In this document: one piece after another, positions 51,641 through 61,520 of the stretch
Layout: each line of letters begins with the position of its first letter
Position numbering within the stretch: the first letter of the stretch is position 1
Assembly (NCBI GenBank): GCA_976226885.1
Contig: OZ320313.1
Coordinates: forward strand, 106,206,001-106,270,000
Direction of reading: 5' to 3'
Length of the DNA: 64,000 bases
Source: Iphione sp. A-MEVVRFRX5
Taxonomy: Eukaryota
Translations under genes and position numbers: made by a program
The notes under the pieces: generated by a model
Database searches by the model: none
What the model saw: the letters and a program-made list of their open reading frames with translations, nothing else
What the model was told of the DNA's origin: nothing

Positions 51641-51693
51641 AGCCATGCAATCTGGCTCATTCGTGATAATTTTACCGGCAGGTTTCAGTTTAC

Positions 51694-52092
51694 TTTATTT
51701 GTAGAGTAGTATATTATTTCATTTGTGCACAGACATTGATGCACAGTAATTCTCTCCTACATCTGGATGGGAGAGGACCAACTGAGTCACATTCACTTCG
51801 GATGTGTCGCCTGGCTACTAAAGTTTAACGTTTCCCCCAGGTGGCGTAACCATCGATTAGACTTCTAGGGCTGTTCGGCATTGACAGTGACACCCATCTG
51901 TGGTTCCGGGCAAGACAGTCAGTTACTCATGATTAAACGAAAGATGTCCTCATTTGATAAGTGGATTTGGCAATCTTTATTGTAATTAGCAAATATGTAA
52001 GGACTTCGGTCCCTCTGCTGTTCACTAAGAGAAATGATTTCTTAATGAAAATAAAAGGTAGAACGCAGCAGATATTCGTATACATCTTTATT
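51694..52092 (-). terminator. Candidate poly(A) signals for TTC28 (AATAAA on minus strand at ~52087, ~51976, ~51694), implying a ~2-2.4 kb 3'UTR
   Basis: These are the first plus-strand TTTATT hexamers I found downstream of the stop codon. No transcript evidence. Confidence 0.3.
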
Positions 52093-54109
52093 CAGATTAA
52101 TCCCATTTGTCTCAGATGCAATTCTGAGAATTCTTACACCCGCCGTCGCGGTATAATATATAAGCATTAGACGTGCGTCAAGTCTCTACAGCCAGAATTA
52201 TTATCGAGGACACGTGACCAATTAAATAAGGCGAAATTGAATTGATCTAGGAGGACCTTTCGACTCACTGCAACTAAAAAAGGGTGATCGGATAATAAAT
52301 ATGTGAGCTGAGTAAGGTCCAAAGTGTGCTTTTTGATTATTTGTGGTCCGAGGCATTTTCGAGATGCGGCAAAGAAAATGCGTACAATGAAGTTCGCCTA
52401 TATCCGTAACAAAGGCGAAACAGCGGGGAGACTACATAGGCACTGACGATGTACAGATATTCCCAAGATTTATAATCTCATTTGTCTATAAATAACATGA
52501 GGTGTGTCCAACGGGCGGTCGGGAAAAGATCATGTAGGTATTCCGGACTGAAATCAAGGTAAAAATGTTTCCAGCTAAGGGAAATTAGATGAGTTGAACC
52601 TTCACTGGAATGTCCTCTGTATGTGTTTGTATTTATGTACATGTATGTAGATGTATGTGTATATAATGTATTTGTGCAGGTGTACAAAATTCACTTCATC
52701 ATCAGAAACTAGGTTAACAGAAGCAAGATATATTACAATGAAAACTCTCACATGAGGTCGTCTGAAATAGTATATTTCCGTTCTGAATATTACGACTTCG
52801 TTATAAAGAGACTTCGGTCTCGGAGGATTCGTTAAGAGAGGTGTTTCTGTAAGCACACTTTCTTTATATGCTGTGTTTGTAAGCTGGGATGCACTGTGTC
52901 TATGTATGTATGTATAGATGTTTATGTATACGGGTACGTATGCACGAATGTATATCATTATATATACATATACGTTATGTATGTGTGTGTTTGGGAATCG
53001 AAGTAGTGGAATAAAGCTATAATTCAAGTATCAATCTCAGGGCTAGCATGATTGTGACATCCATGGGTCAAAGGAAGACCTGAGCTGAATCTGACTTTCA
53101 TTTTTTTTTCAAGTGAAAATGTAGGACATCTTTGCAAAAAAATACTGCTGATGTTTTGCAAAATTTCATGAAAACGTGAGGAGAGGTATGAAAAAGAAGA
53201 GGGAACTACGTGGAATGTAACGTTGTTTTCTGGGGTAGACGACACCAGTTAGTGCTGTAAACCCTCATTCCCGTGCTGGGTTTACGTGGTTGTCAAGTGA
53301 GATTTCTGGGCGCAATGGTTAAGGGCAGTGCAAATACATGTACATGTACTCAGACCCTCTGGGGCACGGCTGGTGAGACTGGACTGACAACATAAAAACA
53401 CGGTACTAAGTAATGATCTAAATATGGAGGGAGAGGCTTTGTATATATATATGCGAGACTGTGGGAAGTATCTCTTCCTACATATATAACTGAGTATCTA
53501 CATATGTATAAGAGAAATGATTAGTACTTCACCAGATATTTGTGAGAATATTATTATATGAACATAAGAGTATTTTTCTTGCACACGAAAAAAAAAACAT
53601 TATTCGCACTTGAACATACACAGAGGAGTATTCGGACATACATTTCCGGAGTACCTTGTACATACAATGTATATATCAGTACGTGTCATTATACAAGTAT
53701 ACTTCATGTGCAATATGCACATCCATGGATTTCTCTGACCAATATGTGCGGGGGGAGCGTAATGCAAGTTCTGAACATGACTATTGAACATCACAGACCT
53801 CCTGGTTTTTCGCATTCTGCAAGATATGCTGCTTGTGTAGAATGTTTGCAGAAACATCATGATATCATGATACATGAATATTATATAAAATAAAAAGGCA
53901 TGCCTGCACTTATGCACGATTCTATACATTTGCCACAGAACAGAAATTGTCGATGGGTTTATCAAATGCCTTACAAAATATACAAACTAATGATGCACCT
54001 CTCTGCAATAGCCATGGCATTTGTGACCATTTTGTCTCTCTTCAATAGTTAAGCACTAGGACTAGCACTCTGCCTGGGTTTGCTGTTGTTTGTGGTTTCT
54101 GGGGCGATG

Positions 54110-57100
54110 TCAGCACTTGGACGACTGTAGTGATGTAAGTTGAGGGCCCGACCCCCGAACGTTCGTGCTAGCCTCCCCGGGGCCAGAGTGGTAGGGGTCC
54201 CGGGGGGGTGGGCCCCCAAAGGCCTTCTGTCCAGGTGCTGGACGGTAGGGGGGAGGTGGATTGCCGCTGCTCGCCGATGGGTAAGACAGTCCTGGCTGCC
54301 CGCCTATCTTGGATCCGCCGCCTGCACCGTTGAAATCCACCGCACTGCCGTAATTCTGCGAGGTCTCCACATAAGGTCTGCGCTTGTAGTTGTCGACTGA
54401 GTCACGAGAGGTCGCCGTGGAGCCGCTGCTAGCCCCACTGTACGTGGGGTAGCGGTCCCTGGGCGCATGTTGAGCAGGTGGTGGTGGTGGCTCGTGTTGT
54501 CTGTGGTTGGCGGTGTATGTTGTTTGTGGGCTAGGCCTGTAGAAGTCCGGCTGGGGCTGGGCACGCCCAGCCTGTTCAACATAACCATGTTGCCGGTTAG
54601 CAACGGCTGCAGCTTCTTGAGCACCTGGTCTACCTGCAGCTTTGTCGTATCCTGTGGTTGGCATGCTAGCAGGACCAGGGACCTGCCCCGGCTTTCCGTG
54701 GGTGAGCGGCCGGGCGGGTGACGAGTTGCTCTTCGGCAAACCATTTCCAACTGGCCTGTATCCAAACTGACCATGATGACCTCCTCCCGAGTCCTGGCTG
54801 CCCGCCCTATACGGTGCTGCACCTGGATCCGTTGGTCTCCGAGCAGATAACCCTTGATTACTGGCACCCTGACTGGCCAAGCTAGGGTTCGTAGGATCAC
54901 GACTGACTTGGTTTTGGATGGCCGCCGGGTGCTTAGCCAACCCTTGGCTTTGCAGTGCCTGACTAACAGATCCGTGACTGTTCGACCAATAACCCTCTGT
55001 TTCATGACTAACTGGTTTGTGACTGGGTGGCCCATAGACTGTAGGCTGATTAATTCCTGCTGATCCAGTAATTGGCCCTTGTCCCACGGGCCCGTTCATA
55101 GTGGATCTATATCCGGACGGCCCGTATCCTGCTGGACTTTGATGGCTGGCTGGAGGCTGGCTGGGGGTATAATCCCGGGCTGACCTCTGTGGGTCAGCTG
55201 GACCAGTCATGGCTCCAGGGTATGACTGGTTGCTGGGAATGACCCCTGACGGTAACGTGGTCTGCAGTGGACGATTGTAGCCTTGCACCTGTTGTCGACT
55301 GTAGAGGGCGTGGTTGTAGGGCGGGGGTCGGCTGTGGCTGGTGTACTGGGGCTGGACGGCTGGGTAGCCACCGCTGCTGAACGAAGACGACTGACTGTGA
55401 ACCGAACCGCTGGACACCGGGGAATGACTGTGCCTCGAACTGGCCTGGCGGGCCGCCATGTCAGAGAACCACTTCAGGTTTTCATAGACAGGGGAGTCAA
55501 GATCCCCCCGTAGTGGCGGGCGGGGCGGCCCGACCCCGGCAGATGGGGAGTTGGGCAGCAGGTTGATGGTGCTGCTGCCGCTACTATGGACATCACTCTC
55601 GCTGGTGTACCCTAGCTGGTCGGGCCCACTGATCAGCTCGATAGTGTTTGCTGTACTAAAAGTGTTCTGAATGTAGCTCCGGGCTGTGGTACTGCTGTAC
55701 TTACTCCCAGCGGAGCTACTGTTGGGAGCAGGCACCACGGAGTCTGGAGAGAGCGAGCCGCAGTAAGGCATGGCTTGGACATAGCCCCGGCCACCAATAC
55801 CCAGCCCGTCTAGGTAGGCGGCCGAGGCCGACGGAGGCAGGTCATAGGTGCGTACAGGACGCGTACTTGTGGTCGTGGTCGTGGACACTACATGCCCCGA
55901 GCCATCATAGAGGCTTGAACGTTGACTGGACACCTCGCTAGATGGCGACTCGAGCACAGCAGACATCTCGGAGTCCGACGACTTGGAGTCGTACCAACAA
56001 CCTCCTCCATTCCCACTACTTGTCTGTCCTCCTCCCCCTCCTGTGCTTCCTGCCCCGGCGGATCCGATGGCTGAGTGAAGCAGGTGGTCTACCTGGCTGG
56101 ATGCTGCTCCCCCCGGGAGCCGCGGGCCGGGGTATGGAGGAGGTGGTTTGTAGGGCTCCTGGGGCTCTCCACTGCTATTGACGTACCTGTAGAAGCCCCC
56201 CGGGTGGCCATTAGCCCTGCTCGCGGAGTCTTCAGTCCGTCCGCGGGCTGGAGACCCAGCCTGATATGATGAACCGGCACCAGGGGTCGCCACCTGTCTT
56301 GGCGGAGGTTGGTTCACCCTAGAGGCACCAGGGGGCGACACTGCTGGATGTGGCTCCTCTTTGGGTCTGTCTTGAAGTAATCCTCCGGGACTACTGTGGG
56401 CCTGAACTGACGAGGTTTTGGGTAGGGCCGATAATGAGGTGGCTTTACTGGGCAGACCTGTGCTCACCAACTGTTTGGCGTTGACAGGCTCACTCTGAGC
56501 GCTCATGGAATAGTGCATGAGGCTGGATAAAGATTGCGTCGTGCGTACCACCTTGGCTGGCACTTGCTGTGGTAGGACAGATGGACCTGCGACAGTCCCT
56601 GCGTTATCCACAGTAGAGGAACCCACCACTTTGGCCGGTAGACCGGCTGCTGAAGCCGAAGTAGCTCTACGAGCCAGATTGTCAGGCAACGAGTAGACGG
56701 CCACAGAGGAGTCCAGGCTGTTGTCAGCCGCGGAATGCTCCGGATCGGGCGTTGGTGCCGATTCCTCAATAATATCACTGAATTTGACCGATTTGGACTT
56801 AGCCAGAGGAGCCACTGCCTTAGAGCAGCCCTCTGTGTCCCCATCCTTCACCTCCTCTTTTTGTTCGGGGGCTTGCTCCCGTACCTTACCAGAGTTGACA
56901 TCAATCCCTCCAGCGGTTTCTTGTTGTGGGCCGATTGTTGACCCACCAGGGGGCGATGACTCAGCAGGTTGTTGGGTGGTGGAGGGTTTCGACAATGCTG
57001 TGTGTTGTAAAGGTTTAGGCGGAGGAGTTGGCTTCTTGTTGCCTCCTTGTGAACCTGGCTTGACACTGGGAGCCACGCATCCCACAGGTTTGTTCGCTGA

Positions 57101-58099
57101 AGCAGGTGTACTGCTTGACGTCGTGTGAGAACTGCTGCTACCCAGAGGGCTGGGCACCAGTGGGGCATTCGCCGACAAACCAGTCATCTCCCCCTTACTT
57201 ATTGTGTGACTCGGCGTTTGCAGGTTGGGAGACTGTGCATTGGTGGTTGCGGGGTCGGTTGGTGGTGCCTTAAGGTCGGCGGTTTCCGGTTCCTGCCCGC
57301 CGGCCTGCACCACCGACAGACGCTGCATATGCTCCAGTGCCATCCGTTCTTGCCGGGTCTCGGCCAGAACCTTGCGCGCCAGCACTGTCGGGTCTAAAAG
57401 CATGGCTGGACCCTCCGCGTCGGCGCCTTCCGTTGTTATCGCCATCGTCGCGACCGTTCCTGACGATGTCTTCACCGTGTCGGCCGCATCGAGCTCGTCG
57501 TCGGCGCTCCACAGCCCGTCCTGACTGGGGCCGTAACCGTCATCAATGACGGCCGTTTTATTCCGAGTGGCAGTTTTCGGTCCTGTTTCCCTATTGTCGG
57601 CACCACCACTGGCACCGGAAGTCCCAGCGGCAGGTGTGTCCAAGGAGTATTGTTCTGCGTCCCCAGTCAGTGTCCGGTCGCTCGCCGAACTGCGCGTCGA
57701 TGTCAACGAGCTACGGCCGCGCGTGCGCCGGAAGGCACCACTACCACCGCCACTTCCTGTGCTTTTCAATGTCACTGTACTACTCGAGGACAGCACGGAG
57801 CTTCGTGCTGCCGACGACCGCGTCAGCGTACCGCCGCCGCCCACGTCGCTATCGTCGCTGTCGCTTGCCGACGTGCTGTAGCCGGCCGGCGGCGGCGGCG
57901 GCGGGAGTTGCTCGCGATGATGTGAGGAGCGGTCGGTAGATGGGAGGTCGGCGCGCGCGGTCTGGTCGTCGGAGGGCGCGGTGTCGTTATCTTCACTGGT
58001 GGAGCTCGGACTGCTGTACTTGGCGCGGATCATGTTCTGGTGCGTGAGATGGAGAGAGATGTTAGGCCCCTGAGCCCGCGAGCCTCGGCCTTTACCGCC
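54110..58099 (-). CDS. TTC28: TTC28 terminal exon, ~1329 aa, low-complexity/disordered, ends ...LQSSKC-stop
   Basis: Acceptor TTTTTTCTGTGTGTTTTCCACAG|GGC in phase 0, matching the upstream donor. The ORF is open for 4 kb. It contains LDPTVLARKVLAETRQERMALEHMQRLS, similar to vertebrate LDPQELAQKILEETQSHLIAVERLQRS, and the C-terminal SSKC that I recall in human TTC28. Confidence 0.9.
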   Translation of the reverse strand, partial: GGKGRGSRAQGPNISLHLTHQNMIRAKYSSPSSTSEDNDTAPSDDQTARADLPSTDRSSHHREQLPPPPPPAGYSTSASDSDDSDVGGGGTLTRSSAARSSVLSSSSTVTLKSTGSGGGSGAFRRTRGRSSLTSTRSSASDRTLTGDAEQYSLDTPAAGTSGASGGADNRETGPKTATRNKTAVIDDGYGPSQDGLWSADDELDAADTVKTSSGTVATMAITTEGADAEGPAMLLDPTVLARKVLAETRQERMALEHMQRLSVVQAGGQEPETADLKAPPTDPATTNAQSPNLQTPSHTISKGEMTGLSANAPLVPSPLGSSSSHTTSSSTPASANKPVGCVAPSVKPGSQGGNKKPTPPPKPLQHTALSKPSTTQQPAESSPPGGSTIGPQQETAGGIDVNSGKVREQAPEQKEEVKDGDTEGCSKAVAPLAKSKSVKFSDIIEESAPTPDPEHSAADNSLDSSVAVYSLPDNLARRATSASAAGLPAKVVGSSTVDNAGTVAGPSVLPQQVPAKVVRTTQSLSSLMHYSMSAQSEPVNAKQLVSTGLPSKATSLSALPKTSSVQAHSSPGGLLQDRPKEEPHPAVSPPGASRVNQPPPRQVATPGAGSSYQAGSPARGRTEDSASRANGHPGGFYRYVNSSGEPQEPYKPPPPYPGPRLPGGAASSQVDHLLHSAIGSAGAGSTGGGGGQTSSGNGGGCWYDSKSSDSEMSAVLESPSSEVSSQRSSLYDGSGHVVSTTTTTSTRPVRTYDLPPSASAAYLDGLGIGGRGYVQAMPYCGSLSPDSVVPAPNSSSAGSKYSSTTARSYIQNTFSTANTIELISGPDQLGYTSESDVHSSGSSTINLLPNSPSAGVGPPRPPLRGDLDSPVYENLKWFSDMAARQASSRHSHSPVSSGSVHSQSSSFSSGGYPAVQPQYTSHSRPPPYNHALYSRQQVQGYNRPLQTTLPSGVIPSNQSYPGAMTGPADPQRSARDYTPSQPPASHQSPAGYGPSGYRSTMNGPVGQGPITGSAGINQPTVYGPPSHKPVSHETEGYWSNSHGSVSQALQSQGLAKHPAAIQNQVSRDPTNPSLASQGASNQGLSARRPTDPGAAPYRAGSQDSGGGHHGQFGYRPVGNGLPKSNSSPARPLTHGKPGQVPGPASMPTTGYDKAAGRPGAQEAAAVANRQHGYVEQAGRAQPQPDFYRPSPQTTYTANHRQHEPPPPPAQHAPRDRYPTYSGASSGSTATSRDSVDNYKRRPYVETSQNYGSAVDFNGAGGGSKIGGQPGLSYPSASSGNPPPPYRPAPGQKAFGGPPPRDPYHSGPGEASTNVRGSGPQLTSLQSSKC

Positions 58100-59195
58100 C
58101 TGTGGAAAACACACAGAAAAAAAAACCTCCGCTTTCTAAATAGTGGCTCCCTACATGTTTCAAATGCACGATTTAATGATTATAGATACCTTTTTATGCG
58201 TGATTTTCGCAGTTAGTCTAATAACATAAATCGTGTTAAATCTAAAATACAAGTTGTCTTTAAGAAAAGAGAACAAATTCAAACTATAAATTAAGTACAT
58301 GCATGTGACAGTAGCTTGTGAACATAACATTTAAAAAAACCGTTTCCCTGGGTGAAATATACCTGTCTAACATATAAATTATTCTCAAATAAACAGACCA
58401 CTAGTGAGACAAAAAGTTCTTGACAGAGGGGATAGCAAAGAGAAAGTCTACACTAAAATACCACGGAATGCATGATTATCTGTATATAACAGCTGTAGTT
58501 GTCAGATCAAGAGTCTTCGTTGAATGGATGGGTGAAACCAAGCAGTGAAAGGATAAAGAATTCGAGAGGCAAATTATAATGAAAAACAATAGAAAACTGA
58601 CGGATAGGTATCCGAAATGCACAAAGGGGAACAATTGAGATCAACTACGTTTTAGTATTGAAATCGGTGACAAAGCAAAATAATTTGAATTAGTTCTTTG
58701 CAAAGTCCAAAAGCAAATGTGATCTTTTAGAGTGAAAAAAGCGAATTACAACAAGAATAAGCTTTTGAAAGGTGTTATGAAACACTGCCATTTTAAATCT
58801 TCTTGATTGCAAATTGATAATAAAACCGACTACGGCAATTGTGGCAGGACTCAAATCTACCTTTTTCGTACAATTTTACCGCAATTCTATTGTTTTTTTA
58901 ACAGCGAGATATCTATACAACAAGATTCTCAGAAAACGCCACCTGGTGCGCTGGCAGTCAGCAATCCACCCCAACACCTGCAATTATGTGCTGACGATGG
59001 CAAAATTATTTTTGTTTACAGATCTCGGTCACTCTTGCCTATGGAGCTCTAGGGCCCTTGCCCCTCCTCCTGCTCCTCCTCCTGCTGCAGAAGGAGGTAG
59101 AAGTAGAAGCTCGAGGCTGGTGGACCTTATTGAATGTTGCTGTTATGATCAGATGGTCATACGTGGCCTACGTGCACTACCTGAGCATGGTTCAC

Positions 59196-59389
59196 CTTAG
59201 CGGCGGACGGCAGCTTGTCCACCTCGGCCGGATTAAAGAACGATTTCCGCCGGCCCGCCGTCGTCGGCGAGCCGGGCGGCGAGCTGCCCTTGGAGAAGTT
59301 GGAGGTGGAGGTGGCCGACCCGCTGGAGCAGAGGCTCTCCATGGAGCTGGAGGAGTCGAGGCACAGCGTACGCGGCGCCTCCTGGGTGT
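59196..59389 (-). CDS. TTC28: TTC28 internal exon (194 nt, phase 1 to 0)
   Basis: Acceptor GGTTCCCTCACAG|AC. Translation (D)TQEAPRTLCLDSSSSMESLCSS...DKLPSAAK resembles vertebrate LPKRLSLDSSSSLESL. Donor AAG|GTGAAC; alternative in-phase donors lie just downstream (e.g. CAG|GTAGTG at 59180), so the exact 3' end is less certain. Confidence 0.85.
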
Positions 59390-59725
59390 CTGTGAGGGAA
59401 CCAAACATTTAGCATAGGTATTACTTCGAAGTTGGTGAAGAATGACACCAAACCCTCAACAGCCATGTTACAGCACCTCATATATATCAAATATTATATA
59501 TTGTTCTCGACTTTTACCTATATCATAAAACAGATATTCAATGCATTACACTTCGATCTGAGACAGAGCCTTCATTAAACTCTGATTCGACTTTGGTGTC
59601 TTTACATTTCACTTTCCCTAACATCATTACCAATTCGGAGGACTATCCCAAGAAATAATCCAATGAATCCAATAAAGTCTAAAGTAATGTGCCTGTACTT
59701 AATATCTACGTATGGGTACTCTTAC

Positions 59726-59833
59726 CGAAAATAGCAACAAGCGCTTGGAGAGCAAACTGCATCGTCCGTCGGTTAGCCTGTTTACCAGCCTTAATCTTTA
59801 CTTCGTCCTTCCCGACATCGATAAGATCAAAGC
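59726..59833 (-). CDS. TTC28: TTC28 internal exon (108 nt, phase 1 to 1); absent from the ORF track
   Basis: Acceptor GTTATTCCCTTAG|GC, donor TTC G|GTAAGA. Translation (G)FDLIDVGKDEVKIKAGKQANRRTMQFALQALVAIF resembles vertebrate FDLCEVGQEEVILKTGKQANRRTVHFALQSLLSLF (from memory). Confidence 0.93.
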
Positions 59834-60079
59834 CTAAGGGAATAACAAACATGATACATAAAAATAATGTTGTACTGGCTGTACAGCTAAAATTTCAATA
59901 TACTGACTTTTCTCTGGACGGTGTTTTGAACCGTGCTGATTGCGACAACCACTGCAACTCTGTCAGTATGGGGAGCTTTCCTTAGTCAAACGAGCTGCTC
60001 AGTATAAAGTGTTACACTATTACCCCCGTAGCAGGCTAAACACCTAGAGCTTGTCTATACGTTGATAAGAATTACCTAC

Positions 60080-60262
60080 CTAGCGAGGCGAGGAACTCGT
60101 GACAGCCAGGAGCCCGCCACAGTTTGACACTGATGGGGACAACAACATTTGCGTCTTGGCTGAACTGGGCGTTCACCTCCCGGACAAGCCCAGCCACTGC
60201 CTCACCCACCTCCTGGTGGTTAAGCAGCTTCGAGAGAGCTGTCAATGTTGGTACTGCCAGGC
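60080..60262 (-). CDS. TTC28: TTC28 internal exon (183 nt, phase 1 to 1)
   Basis: Acceptor TTTCTATCATTTCAG|GC, donor CTA G|GTAGGT. Translation (G)LAVPTLTALSKLLNHQEVGE...VPISVKLWRAPGCHEFLASLG resembles vertebrate TTC28 (...SISVQLWRLPGCHEFLAALG, from memory). Confidence 0.92.
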
Positions 60263-60960
60263 CTGAAATGATAGAAACGTAAAGGTACGTTGAGAGAGCT
60301 GACAGTGTGGGTACTGCTGGGCCACTAACAATAGACCTGTAAAAATAAATTGAGAGAGCTGTAAATGTGGGCATTGTCAAAGCTGTAACAATATATAAGT
60401 AATTGCACATCAAGAGAGCTGTCAACGTGACGGAGCCAGGCCTGGAATGGTAGGCATGTATGCTTTTTGTTTTTTTGTTTTTAGACATGTAAAGGTATAT
60501 TGAGAGAGCTGAAATTGTGGGTATTGTCAATCCTGCTGCAATAGAAGTGAAAAATTACACCGGGAGAGCTGATGGATCTTAACAGGCCTGCGACAGTACA
60601 CATAGAACAGAACATCAAGAGAGCAGTCAATGGAGGCATTGCAGGCCTGCAGCAACAGACAAATCACTGTACATTGAGAGGACTGATGATGTGGGCATGG
60701 CCAGACCTCTACCAACAGTCGTGTAAAGGTACACTGAAAGAGTTACCAATGTGGGCACTGCCAGGCCTCTGACAATAGACATGTAAAGGGGCACTGAGAA
60801 CTGATAATGTGGGTATTGCCAGGCCTGCAGCAATAGATGTGTACAGGTATGTTTAGAGGACTGACAATGTGGCCACTGCCAGGCCATTAACAACAGAAAC
60901 ATCAAGGTATAGGGAGGAAACTGTCCATATGGGCATTACCAGGCCAGCAGATTGTAGGCC
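60232..60960. repeat. ~60-bp minisatellite (~12 diverged copies) spanning the TTC28 intron/exon junction
   Basis: The GAGAGCT-like landmark recurs at about 60240, 60300, 60360, 60420, 60510, 60570, 60625, 60684, 60744, 60802, 60862 and 60922. The first unit contains the real acceptor and the first ~30 exon nt. Confidence 0.9.
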
Positions 60961-61431
60961 TGGAGTACTAGTTGTAAATGAATATGGAATGGATAAGTAT
61001 ACAAGAATGTTTCCTTCGTCCTCTTGCGTAGCGTAAAGGAGTAGATATTCGCTTAGTAATGGACAGTTGAACCTTCTGATTGGCACTTTGACAGGCACTT
61101 TGACAGTTATTTTTCTTATCCTTTGTCAGATTTTATGTAATTAAATGATACTAAGTGGGCGGAATGAGAGTACGAAAGACAAGAAAATAGTAGCTAAGGG
61201 ATGATCGTAAATGAGTATCTTAACATTATAAATTATACGATGTCTGTGGGAGAAAATCAGAAATAAAGATGGTGACGAATACCACCAATGCTCATAGAGA
61301 TGAGTGGGTGGAGCAAATTACGATTACACGGAGAGAAGAATGTCAATATGTCAACTGTCAACAATTACAAGGACACTGTAACAAGTAAATTAACAGGTGG
61401 GGAATTTGACAGACATGATGGACACTTTGCT

Positions 61432-61438
61432 GAGAGAG

Positions 61439-61519
<81 letters not shown>
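61432..61519. repeat. (GA)n microsatellite in a TTC28 intron
   Basis: Read directly from the sequence. Confidence 0.95.

Positions 61520-61520
<1 letters not shown>

Noticed and set aside
54140-57939. Overlapping alternative-frame and antisense ORFs within the TTC28 last exon
   Set aside because: They are expected by-products of a long GC-rich coding exon and show no recognisable domains.
60072-60530. 152-aa ORF as a separate membrane protein
   Set aside because: Its 3' part is the TTC28 exon and its 5' part is the in-frame minisatellite; this is treated as the splice-array finding instead.
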